DNA of 56,219 bases, the filler included, from Sphacelaria rigidula (Eukaryota): NCBI GenBank assembly GCA_964200075.2. It is 7 parts of 7 records of this genome, joined end to end, with 100 filler letters (N's around TTAATTAATTAA, not from the genome) between each part and the next. Parts side by side here need not be neighbours in the genome. Positions count along the whole stretch, not along the records: positions 8,047 to 15,992 come from CAXNAA020012885.1; positions 16,093 to 24,038 come from CAXNAA020012886.1; 5 more parts are not named here. One strand, written 5' to 3'. A program made the position numbers and the translations under genes. Positions 11,519 to 22,780 of the stretch are shown in pieces (position 1 is the stretch's first letter; each line of letters begins with the position of its first letter). Under the pieces are notes generated by a model. The model made no database searches. It had not been told where the DNA came from and worked only from the letters and a program-made list of their open reading frames with translations.

Positions 11519-12015
11519 GCAAGTGGAAGCGTCAGAAGGGAGGTTGTCGTGACGCGGTGTGGTATGTTTTTTTCATCCTCCAACTTTCCTAGATTTTTTT
11601 TTTTAATATCTTCTTCCATTTTTTTTTCCCCTTCACCTCCTCCAATTTTTCTCTTTTGTTCCCTGTGATCGGGGGAGAAGTGAAATGTGTATTTGGTGAG
11701 TTCTTTGTTGAGCTTTCAACCTAATTGAGCGCCCGAAGACGAAGCGGCGGAGAGGGTTGATCTGACTCGTACTTCTCAAATTGATAGTGATGCTCTGATT
11801 CAACAACGGATGGATACACGCGAGCGACGAAAAGGTTTGGGATCCGTCTTTCCGAGAGACAAAGCAATCTAGGGTGGAAGTTTAATTTTGAGCATGGTTA
11901 TGGTTGTGGTAATGGTTATGATGATTGTTCCACGTTTTTATCCTTCTGATTGCTTGAGGGCTGATGCTCTTTGTCAATCACCTTATCGTAGCGTGCTCAG
12001 GAACATTAATATCAA

Positions 12016-12293
12016 CGTTCCTGTGAGATTGAGAGCAGAGGATGCGATTGAGAGTGAAGATCGGTCAATTGTTGAATAAATCGTTTCAGTTCCGAAATGA
12101 CCCTATGTGCTTTCTGTAGTAGCTTGCCGCTTAGGCCCTTGGTATCCCTGAGTAGGACATTGACGGGTAGCTGTAGGCACACGCCAGTGATGAAGGCAAA
12201 GTAAAGCACGCACGGAGTGAAAAATTTGCGAAGTTAAAGCGAGTGATCAAAAGCCATTGTTAATCAGCGGTTTCTCTCAATCTCACGAAAACG
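12016..12293. mobile_element. ~280-bp MITE, copy 2
   Basis: cgttcctgtgagattgagag...ctctcaatctcacgaaaacg; colinear with 9750-10041. Confidence 0.75.
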
Positions 12294-14423
12294 TTATTTC
12301 ATCATGTTGGAATTATTTTATCGTCGTATGGGGGAACACGTCGTTCATTGAGCTTGTGAAACACACTGTGAAATAGATGCCGCGTGTGGGGCTGTCAGGC
12401 TGATCGTGGGACTTGGACCGCACACCAGAGGTAAACAGTTACCTGTTGGGCGTGTGACGCACTTGTTGGCGTGTTGTCATGCTGTCTAGTCTTCAGGTTC
12501 GATATATCGAGGGATGGCGGGTGATTCGATTGACTACCGGGTTGGGAACAGTCACAGCCGTTGCTCAAAACGATACAAGTATCGATAAGACTGGCCTTGA
12601 CCAACTCTTCTTGAGTTTTACGTGGACCACTTGAAGCTTGAAAAAAAAGACTGCTCCATTCGGTATAAAGCACAAGTTCATGAGGGTGTTGACCTTGGGT
12701 GCTTTTCATTTTCGTGCCAAAGCTGTATTAGTACCGAACGAGTTTACCTTGTGGCAACCAGGCAATCAATTATGAGTCACGGGTTGTGTGCCAAACATAC
12801 ACTGCTGCAGTACGAGTTATGTTATTGTAGGAGGCGATGCCAACGAACAGAAGGGGGAACTGCTGAACACTTTCAGCGTCCGAGGGGGGGGTGCTGCAGC
12901 TCCTGACAGTCCCGTCGAGGAAGACGATAACTTTGACGAGGAAGACCCTTGCAGGATGCTTGGCCGCCAAAACTATTTCACGTTTTTTCGGTTTTTCCAG
13001 CCAAGAGGATAGAAGCTTCGATATACCCTTGACATTTTCGGGTATACTGGCCAGACCCGAAATCGCAGTAGGCCGGGGGGTGCTGAAAGTGTTGACTGTT
13101 GGAATGGAGCTATCGGCGTTCGAACTTCTTTTGATATGTTGCTCCGACGAGAGGGCTAGCGCCCCAGGGATGATGAAAATGAACAGAGACCGGTATCTGA
13201 GGAGATTTTATTCTTTTTTGGTGCGGGAGCGCTTGTACATTGAAATTCAATCACACAGGTTTGCATTGGCGTACATTTGAACCAACCCCCTACAGGTCAT
13301 TATCCATACCGCGCGCTTATACCCTTTAGAGGATAAGGGTTACATACGAGAGTGATGGTGGAACGGAGTAGTGGTGAATCGAAGCTGGGTGCAGATCTCG
13401 ATCTCGTTGGGGAGGGTTGGGGGATGAAGAGAAGTCAAAGTAGGTTTGTATGTTTGCGAGAAACAGAGCATGTTACACGTGTGTGTGGAAAACGTCGATG
13501 CGTTGTACACTGACCTGTTGAACGGCCCGTGTTTTCTGGTGAAATAAAGAACCGGTGGCGGCTTCTATTCTTGACATCTGTGATGAATGTTTGTAATGCT
13601 GTTTGCACATGGCCTACGGTTTCACAGTGTGTGTAAGAACGGCGCTACCGAGCAAACGTGAAAACGGAAACAACCGATTGCCGATACGTTGTACTCTTTA
13701 GTAGCTCATAAACACTGTGGCTGGGAGCGTCCGTCTCCTTCCCTAAATAGCATAGATCCAGCCGATGGTGTCGTTGCTATGAGTAGCGTTTCAAATAGTT
13801 GCCACAAGGTAATATTCTACCAAGGAGCTACAACCTTCACTTGAACCCGCTATAAAACTGTGTAGGAAGCAGGGCAGGTACGAGCATTGGTCGCAGATCC
13901 GTAATGAGAATTCTAGCAGCAAGAAGCTGGAAGCCCGAACGATGGTGTCGGCCCCAACGCGGTTATCCCCCCTCCCCTGTTCCCTTCCCCCCCCGGTGCT
14001 CCGTCTCGAAAGCGACGCGTGGTCAGTGGTCAAATGACTAAGGCAAACAAAAAATGAGTACGCCCCCCGCTCGCTCGTTCGCCCGTGTGACTGTCTCTGA
14101 AGATGGCGATTCCACAAAATGAGGTCACTTATTTGAGGCTCTCATTCATATGCAAGATAACTAGTACGCTTCGGACCGAATAATTTTAATAGGACGCACG
14201 TTATCATTCATGCCATTCGCTGATAACATCACGGCGCACCGCGCTTGGTGATTCATTGCGAGCCTGGTGGCGAAGAACCCCGGCATGCTCCGTCCCTGCT
14301 ATGTAGGGACGCGAGGTCAATGGTCTTCATCACTACGGCATGCAGAATCATAACTATTCCTCCCCCTCCCCTCCCCGCCCCTGTCCGTGCGCGCCGTACA
14401 CACGCTGGTCACCCCCGTTGCAG

Positions 14424-14619
14424 TGGTGGATACACCGTGTTTACGGATGAAGCGGAGTTTTACTCGACGCTGCAGGCATTTTTGAACTCTACCGCCGGGG
14501 CTAAGTTCAGCTCTAGCGTTGCGGTGACGGCGGACGCGGACGGTACTTTGAGCGGCGTGCGGGCGACCGCGATCCAGGCGGACTACAGCGGATCCATCAA
14601 CGGCGAGGCCATGAAGCAG
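14424..14619 (+). CDS. Patched/NPC1-like protein, internal exon
   Basis: ttgcag| GGYTVFTDEAEFYSTLQAFLNSTAGAKFSSSVAV...IQADYSGSINGEAMKQ |gtacag; GC-rich coding-like composition and an FY-xx-L-xx-FL motif. Confidence 0.75.
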
Positions 14620-15079
14620 GTACAGACAGTACACTATATCCTTCTTAGTCTAGTGTTAGACATGATACTATCGGTCACCGTTGCATGGAACCATTTTTTT
14701 CCCCGACCGAGGTATCATCATTTTCGTGAAACCGTATTATTTGCCGATCGCGGTGTGGATGTTCCTTCTGGTCGCCATTCCGTTTCGGTAGTCATGCAGG
14801 CGGAATGAGAGTTCCGTATGTTGAGTGACTAGTATGTCATGATCCATTCATTGGTTGGATTTTTTTTTGTGGCGTTATGCTGAATTTGCGTGGTCAGCTT
14901 CGGGGTTAAAAAGTAATGAATTCGACGCCGGACGGGATGTTCGTGTTGTGCACACGTGATGATCCACTAGGTGTTCGTTTCTTGACCGTGACATGGCCCT
15001 CATGTATTTCTTTCTCCTTTTGTCGTTGTCGGTGTTATTATTTTGCTTGCTTGACTGCTGTTGCTTTGCTTATTCACAG

Positions 15080-15150
15080 GTTGATGCCATGGTCGACCTC
15101 CGTGATATCGTCGACAACTGGGAATTCGAAGCCTTCCCGTGGAGCACAAG
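15080..15150 (+). CDS. Patched/NPC1-like protein, internal exon
   Basis: tcacag| VDAMVDLRDIVDNWEFEAFPWST AG|gtaccg; AM-xx-LR...FP motif typical just before the second transmembrane bundle. Confidence 0.75.
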
Positions 15151-15992
15151 GTACCGTAACAATGTCACAGTGTATATATAACGGATAAGGTGAATACCAC
15201 CCCGTTGAATGACAACCCCATGTGATGATGAGATTTCGGCATTTTTTTCAGCGCAACATCAGTACCTGTTGCACTGCACAGTGCCCCGGCACCCCTGCGT
15301 CCCAGATGCGAACGTTCTGTAGTGCAGAGGAAGTCATGATCATTCCTTTATTCCTGGGGGATGCTGAGGACAAGCGAGAAACACAGAATTTTGTAGAATG
15401 CTGAGTACAGTATATAATCAGTGTGTATGTATCCTGGAACTACAACCCCTGCACGGTAAGTTTACGGATAGTGTAGGCACCACGACCGTACCGGGGTACG
15501 TGCTGTTTCGCCCCAGTCTTTCAGTACCGCTCCCAGGTGACGACGTTTTGGGTCCCAGGAACCCATCACTAGGACGGGTGGTACGGAGCGCACGTAGACC
15601 TTTGCTCCTCTCGTGGATCTGATTTCTCTTTTAATCGTTTCATAAAATTTCGCCAGCAGGCATGCGTGGCGAAGTAGAGCGAAACGCTGCATTTCCACAT
15701 CCTGGCGCGAACTGTACATAGCACGCAAATGAAAAAAGAGAAAACGCAATTCACTAGCGTGGTCGATTGCTTAGTTGGCAATATATTCACTCATTTCAGT
15801 TTCATCGTTCACTCCTTCTCTCTCTCTCTTTACTTGGTGTTCTTCCCCTTTTGCAGCGTTCTGCTTCCCAAACTATGTCGTTTCATCATTACCCCTACAT
15901 CGAAAGTCGATCGCTGCCATCCATCCACCCAAATGGTTACACACCCATGAGGCAGTGTAAAAGCTGTGGCTGTCTCTGGAAGTGGCGATACC

Positions 15993-16092
15993 NNNNNNNN
16001 NNNNNNNNNNNNNNNNNNNNNNNNNNNNNNNNNNNNTTAATTAATTAANNNNNNNNNNNNNNNNNNNNNNNNNNNNNNNNNNNNNNNNNNNN
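15993..16092. other. Artificial contig linker
   Basis: N44-TTAATTAATTAA-N44. Confidence 0.98.
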
Positions 16093-16158
16093 GATCTGAC
16101 TCGAAATTCCGAGCAACAAATGGCCCAAAATACCCCCCCCCCTATCGTAGGATGACTA
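16093..16158. mobile_element. End of a GAG-family MITE inserted at the 3' end of Gypsy pol
   Basis: ggcccaaaatacccccccccctatcgtaggatgacta matches the right end of 17151-17403. Confidence 0.7.
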
Positions 16159-17150
16159 TTACGCATTTCCCTCCTGCTGAACTCCAACCACTCACCGTTC
16201 GGGTATTTCACTCGCCAGTATGGATCAACGTAATCATATACCTCGCCTGTCCCTACTCCTTCGCCTACTCCGTCGTCCGCAGACCGTCTTACCTGTGTTC
16301 CTGTCAGGTACACGATCAGCGTCTCTTCCCTGTCTTTTGTCTCTGTGGACTCGTCCCTGTTATATTGTGGGTAGGGTCTCACCGACGGGTGATACATGTC
16401 CCATATGGCATGAAACACATCTAGTTGGAGGGGGGAGAAGCTGTCCAACACTTCCGCTTCCGTCAGCCAGTCGGACTCCTGTCCATCCTGGTACCTGCCT
16501 TTATACTCCCACACCGTTGCGATAGGTGCCGTAGTTGTACTTTTCCTGTTCGTTAGTGTGTACAGAGGTGAGGCTACTGTAGAGATGTCAGCAAGTCCTA
16601 GGTCCGGTCCCCATGCTAGCTGGGCGAAGTCATCCTCCATTGCGTGTCTCAGTTCAGGTCGACGTTGATGGAACGGTCTAAGAGCCGTGGTGGAGACGGT
16701 CCTGTGGCGTAGTTTCCTTCCTTGCATCGATACCTCTACACTGATCCCCGGAATAGGGGTGGCTGTTTCCTCCCACGGTCCCGTCCATTTTTCGTGTGTT
16801 AGTTTTTGGTGCTGACCATCCCTATGCAACGTACTTTCTAGTTCTCGAACTAGCATCAGATCTCCCATTGTAGCCGACGTTCCTGGGGAGTGCCTTGTGA
16901 TTTTTGCGTTATGTCTATGTCTTTCTTTTTGTTTGTTCTGCTGGCTTGTTTCCAGGACCCGCTTAACCTGGTCTAGTTTACGTTTCCTCTGTTCAACGAA
17001 GTCGTCCAGGCCTGTCGTAGAGTCATTACCGTCCATCTGTGGTACTAGGATGTCTAGAGTGGTTCTAGGATCTCGGCCGGAAAGGATCTGAAACGGGTAC
17101 GTGTTGGAAGGGACGGGTGGGTCTGGAAGTGTACGTTTGATCCAGCATGC
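16159..17150 (-). pseudogene. pol C-terminus: end of integrase, GPY/F module, chromodomain-like and Tudor-like modules
   Basis: CWIKRT...YPFQILSGRDPR; KWTGPW; WEYKGRYQDGQESDWLTEAEV; GEVYDYVDPYWRVKYPNGEWLEFSRREM. Confidence 0.8.
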
Positions 17151-17403
17151 GAGTCATGCTACTTGGGGGGGGGGGGGTGCTTGATTCCACGAAAAAATGG
17201 GCTAATAAATGCTTCAGACGACCTGACACACTCGCGGTGCACTTGTATTTGGGTAAAACCGATGTCTAGCAGTATAAATGAGCATTATTTATCGGCAGCA
17301 AGCGCATTTGAACAACCGTTGCTGCTATTAACGACGATTTCAAGTAGAATTTTGTGGAAGAAAACGGCCCAAAACACCCCCCCCCCCTATCGTAGCATGA
17401 CTC
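17151..17403. mobile_element. 253-bp MITE with GAG...CTC ends and 4-bp TSD ATGC (Sola2-like), interrupting integrase
   Basis: atgc|GAGTCATGCTAC..(G)n ... (C)n..GTAGCATGACTC|atgc; removing it restores the frame EYVDPA-CWIKRT. Confidence 0.9.
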
Positions 17404-20400
17404 ATGCTGGATCCACGTACTCGTCCCACCTGTCAGGCCATGATTTGCATAGTTCGGAGAGTGTGTCATGCATCCAAGCCCCCGCCCTTTCAACTGCCCC
17501 CTGACCTCTCGGATGGTCTGCGGATCCGTAGTCCAGAGATACCCTGAGCCATCTGCATAGGTCCCTTACTACACTTGCTGCGGACTCTCCCCCTTTGTCG
17601 CTGCGGATAGATCTGGGCATGACGAATGTTAGACACAGGTTCAACAGGATGCGGGCTAGTGGTGCTGACTCCTTCGTAGGTGTGGGATATGCGAAGAGGA
17701 ACTTCGAAGCTCGGTCGACGATCAGTAGTATGTATCGATTGCTTGATGCGGGTGTACGATGCATATCCTGAAAGTCGATTTCTAGCACATCCCAGGGAAG
17801 TAGAAATCGGCTCGGTGGCATTGCCACTTGTTGAGTTCGTGCTCTTTTCCTACGTCTGCATCCGCATGAGAGAACGTAGTCACGGCAGTCTTTGTTCATA
17901 TTGTTCCAGTGAAAATGATTTCGTAGCAGGGTCGTGGTGTACGCTACTCCCGTGTGTCCGTAGTGTGCGCGTACAAGTGCTATTAGGTCGGGAACAAGCT
18001 GTCGTGGAATGGCTAGCGTTGGTCTATTCTTATTCCCGGTGCACCACAACAGGCCATGGTCGTCTATGATGTAGCTATCTGATGTAATTTCTGATGCGTT
18101 TTCCGTCTCGTTGAACAGAGAAGCTCGGATCTGGCTCAGGTAAGGGTCGTTTTTCTGGTTCTCGATTAGGCTGGGTAAATCAGATAGAGTATTGATCGCT
18201 CTGTTGATGACTGAGTCGTGACTATTGGGCGAGTCACTTCTGGAGTGGTTGTTCTTGTGTTCCTCGACGATAACAGGACTCGATTCCTGGCTGCTCGACA
18301 GTGTCTGCTGGGAGTCTGTGTGGCTTGGGGGGATGGTCTGCGGTACGGAAATGGGTTCGTCGGTTATGAAATCCTTGAGTCTGACAGAATGGGTGCGGGC
18401 TCTGGTAGATCTGCGTGCTTCATTTTGGACGTCATCATGCAGAGCTGCCATCTTTTCTCGGGCGAATGGCATTTCCGACAGCTGAGTCATCGTTCCACTT
18501 ACTTCCGCTTCATGTGTTTGTGTGTCAGATATCTGGCCAGGTTCTTGCTGTGTGAATTCATTTGTAGGGGGGTCCTTGCTGTCTGTCGGGGCTGTCATCG
18601 ACCACAACGCTGTGATGGAAGCAGATCTCACCAGTATCCCTTTCTCTTCCCCTAGTTGGCTCAAGGGGACTCCGTCCAACACCGGCCCTTGCGGGCCCTT
18701 CGTGCACCGGTCGGATTTTAGGGTGGAGTCATCCGGAAAAGCGTCGTCAACATCTGTACCTTCTGCGGTGTTGCCAAATAGGCGGGATAATGCATCGGGG
18801 AGTTGGTGGCATGTGCCTGCTCTCCAGCGTAGTGTCATGTCGTACTCCATCAATCGTAGGGCCCATCGATGTAATTTGGGTTCGAGATCTCTACTTCTGA
18901 ACAACCAGAGTAGTGCGCTGCAATCTGTAACGAGATCAAATCTACTACCTCTAATATTTGGTCTGAAGTGTCCCGTCGCCCACAATACGGCCATGCATTC
19001 TCGATGCGTTGCTGCCCTCAGTGAGTCTGTGCGCGAGAACCGATGACTAGCGTATGCTACTACCTTCTCGACGCCATCTATCGTTTGACACAGTGTCGCG
19101 CCAGCCCCCAAAAAACTCGCATCGGTGTGTAGGGTGAAGGGGTGTTCCCACAAGGGGTATGCTAGAACCGGTGGGGATATGAGTGCCTCCTTCAACTTCT
19201 CGAAAGCTTGTTGCTTTCCGCCGTCCCAAGGGATTTTCAGTTTTCTAGCGCGTTTTGACTGAAAGCGAGGATCACGTAGGACGTCGGTCAGGGGGGCCGC
19301 GATAATGCTGTATTGGTCGACGAATGATCGCATGTAACCGGTCATGCCGAGGAAAGCCCGTAGCTCTTCTACCGTGTTCGGGGGTGAGAGTTTACTGACT
19401 GCCTCGATTTTGGATGGGGTCGGACGTCTTCGATATCGACCGCCACTATCTATCTGTGCTATCTGTTTTCTTGCCTCGATGAGGCTCTGGTTGGGGCTCC
19501 TGTTCACTATCTTGCATAATACGGGTGTACCTGGCTCCCACCACTGAATACCTCTCGCTACGCCTAGCACCGCACCTTTCTCTACATCTTAATCCTCGGT
19601 AGGTAGTATCAGTACCAGTTGCCGTACTTGAGAGAGGGGACCCTTGGTGCGTCCCTCTACTGCTGTGCTGACAAAGCCTAGTAGTTGCAGCGGCGAGGGT
19701 AGGGAGAATGCCCACTGCAGAGTACCGTCGTCTTCCCAAACTGCCTTGCCCATGAATGTGATACTCACTATCCTGTCTGTGATCGTTGCGATGGAAGGAT
19801 TGAGGGCGTCTAGTGTAGACGGGGGGTACAGCTCTGGTTCTTCAACTTCTTCCCCGGGTATGGCAGCACAGAACGTGTCCCATAATACCTTGGCTACGTC
19901 AGGTATGACCTTCGAATCATTCGACGCTTGTACACCTTCTGCTGATAACGGGGCCGAGTTCGATGGTGTACCATTTGTTGTCACACTCTCGGCTTCTGTG
20001 GTGGCCCTCTCGGGTACGTCAGACATTTTCTTCGAATCATTTGATGCTTGAACGTCTTTCGCAGCCAACGGGGTCGCACTTGATGGTTCAGTATCAGGTG
20101 AGAGTATTGAGCTACGGGTGTCGAGCGGTATCCATGGTGCGTCGGGCGTGGGGCGGAAGCCTTGATGTTTGTCAAATGATAGGACGCTGGAGTGTTTGCG
20201 GAAGAATGCAGCGCCCAGTACCAGTGCGTATGGAAAACCCTTGACTACACGTACTGCGATGTTGCGTACTCTATCTTCCGGGGAGAAGATGACTGGTATT
20301 GTAGAGGAGCCTAGAATTTCCATCGGCGGTACCTTGTTTTCCTCCGGGTTTGCAGCCCTCAACGCGCCTGCACCTCTCTTATCTAGTTGGCGATCCGGTA

Positions 20401-20733
20401 TTCCTCCCCACTTACAAATCCCCACTTACAAATCGACTGCCAGAAAGTACCGGACACGTAGTTTCCCCCACCAGCACCCGTGTTCACCAGGACAGAGACA
20501 GGAAGTCGCATGCTCAACTTGTGGGGATGCCAGATTTTTGTCTGTACCCAAACTTATGCTTTGCGATTCTTGTTTGTGGCAATATGTTCGGTGGCCGCAG
20601 CAACTTCTTCTCTTTCTTCGACCGTTCGTGCGTGGCTAGACTCGCTTCCTGCTGGATTCGTACTACTGGAGGGTTTCGGTGACGGCACATAGTTCAGGTT
20701 CCCCGGGAGTGAGGTACTACCCGGGGCGCACCT
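17404..20733 (-). pseudogene. pol: aspartic protease, dUTPase-like relic, RT thumb only, RNase H, integrase zinc finger and core
   Basis: VLVNTGA (D>N) at ~20473-20490 and LVLGAAF; ELRAFLGMTGY; LHTDAS...HRECMAV...VTDCSAL...PDALSR; HYGH...CGC; IDF...VDRASKF...RSDKG...QGAVER; stops at 19589 and ~20556; 14-bp duplication frameshift at 20406-20433. Confidence 0.9.
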
Positions 20734-22780
20734 TCAGGTGGTGTGCTCTGTTCCGTCTTCCTGTTCGCTCTCAAATTCGAGTCCGGTAATAGCTGAAATC
20801 ATTTCAAGTTGCTCAGGGATTACCGTGATGCGGCGAGGGTTTTTGTTGGGTTGTTCTGATTCGTCAGCTTGGTGTGTGCGCTTCGCGCCTCCTGGTTGTG
20901 ATCGGTATGTCTGATAGTAAAAGCCCCTCGGTAAGATATTTACCTCGTGTATGTAGGGGCACCGTGGGCGTCTGCACTCTACCCCAGTGGCGTGTCGAAA
21001 GCAAATTCGTGCGTTGCGCAAGAAATCGATGATCTCCGTACGTGGAGAATCTGGGGAAGGGGGGTTGCTGATCGTAGCAGTGCCCACTTGGCCCTGGGTT
21101 GTAGTTGGTGGGGAACCTCCCTGGTATGTACTTGCGTGCGAGGTGTTATCAAATTGTTGGGGTTTCCCAGAGAACGGTACACTGTGCTGATCCGGTATTG
21201 AGGCGGGATGGTTGGAAAAGGCTGCTACTGTGTTGTGACAACTTACGGTAGGATTTGCTGTCTGGCATGTAGGTGCGCAATGATGACACGATAGGCTTGG
21301 TGATTGCCACATACTTTGTTGGGAATTAGAGCAGATGGTCGGGTTTGGCTGTATGTTCACGCTACCTACGTTGCATGCTGCGATCGCGTTGTGTCTGGCA
21401 AGGAGTGCCTTCTACAGATCTTGTTTCAACGACTGTCCCATCAGGGCGCGGAGATCAGTGATGGACGCTGCGCGAGACGTATTGCGTGAGGTAGGCTTGG
21501 TGGTGGGTGTTGAGTCTAGGTACGCAGTGCTTCTGTTTCCCAACAGCTTCACAAAGTCGAAGAAAATTTTCTCAGCTATATTCCCTCTGTTCGTCATTCT
21601 CGCTCCCGATGGATCTTGTGCTTCTACCCGCAAGGGTCGTAGTTCTAGTGACACTCTCATTACCTGGTGATGCATGATCGATTGTAGACTAGACTGGTCC
21701 AGGGCAGAGGGGATGAGGAGTCTGAGAGCTCGTTCAATTAGATCATTGAGGTGGGTCTCGGAAATAGATCTCCTAAAATAAATCTCTTCGGACGCGTTAG
21801 GCATTTCCGAGTCTACAGTGAAGGCTCTATAGAGCAACACTAGGCGGCGTGCGGCGGCCGACCAAGCTTCCCCTTGTTTGATCGTTATGTTTTCTAGGGC
21901 GAGTCGCGCGACGTCTGTTGCTCCGGGTTGGAGGGCGGATTCCCTCACAAGTTTACGGAGCTATTCTGTTACTGAGACTTCGTCGGGTTGTAGCGTTATA
22001 TTTACCCGCGGATAGTGGGGACTTCCACAGTTCTACCGCTTTGTATAGTTCGTCGCGAGTGCCTAAATAGTCAGCCAGTAGTTCGCTAAGTAGCTCTTTA
22101 CGGGAAAAAGACATCCCGTCCGGAAGTGGGCGGTAAACTCCTGTTTGAGTGTTGGTGCCAGTGGGGAGGGCCCATATCCCTTGGTCCATGTTTCTGAGAG
22201 TCTTAGCTAGCTTGTCAGCGAATATAACTGCGCATGTAGTGTGTGATGTTTCTACTTCGCCCCCACCTAGTCCGACAAAAACCGGCTCTGAAGCATTTCC
22301 TAGCTTAGTGTGTATGCGGCGGATGGCTTTACTGCGTGCGTCTGGAGATAGTTTATGGTTGTATGTTATACCTGGGTTCCCGTGTGAGGCGACGTTGGCG
22401 CCCGGCTGGAGTGTCTGTTGTTGTGCCGACGACCCGCCTCCTTGGTTGGCTATGGTTACTGGTACGGTTGGTGGTTGAGCGTACCCCTGGGGGTGCTGGT
22501 TAACAGCTTGTGGATAAGGGCGTGGTGGGGGTGGAGGCGGTACTACATTTCCTTGCTGTGGATGGGTTACTCCCCGTGCTGGTTGTTGCTGGGGAGGGGG
22601 GTAAGGAGCAGGGGCACCATGTTGTCCTACGGGGGCGATATACCAACCACCACCGGCAGGCGGGGGTGGTGGTTGGGCTGCCGGGGCCGGTATTTGGACC
22701 GGTTGAGCCTGGGGGGTGCGTGCTGGTAGGCTTCCCCCATTTGTCCAATCGCAGCGGCATGAGTGTACATACATGTTCAT
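20734..22780 (-). pseudogene. gag-like ORF with P/Q-rich N-terminus and CCCH zinc finger
   Basis: ORFs 21953-22780, 21412-21948 and 20734-21360 are joined by one frameshift and in-frame stops; lies between the PBS and protease; CFRHATGVECRRPRCPYIH. Confidence 0.75.

Noticed and set aside
15517-15622. Next Patched-like exon
   Set aside because: Phase-compatible frames stop early or lack the expected transmembrane helix; the next exon is probably off the contig
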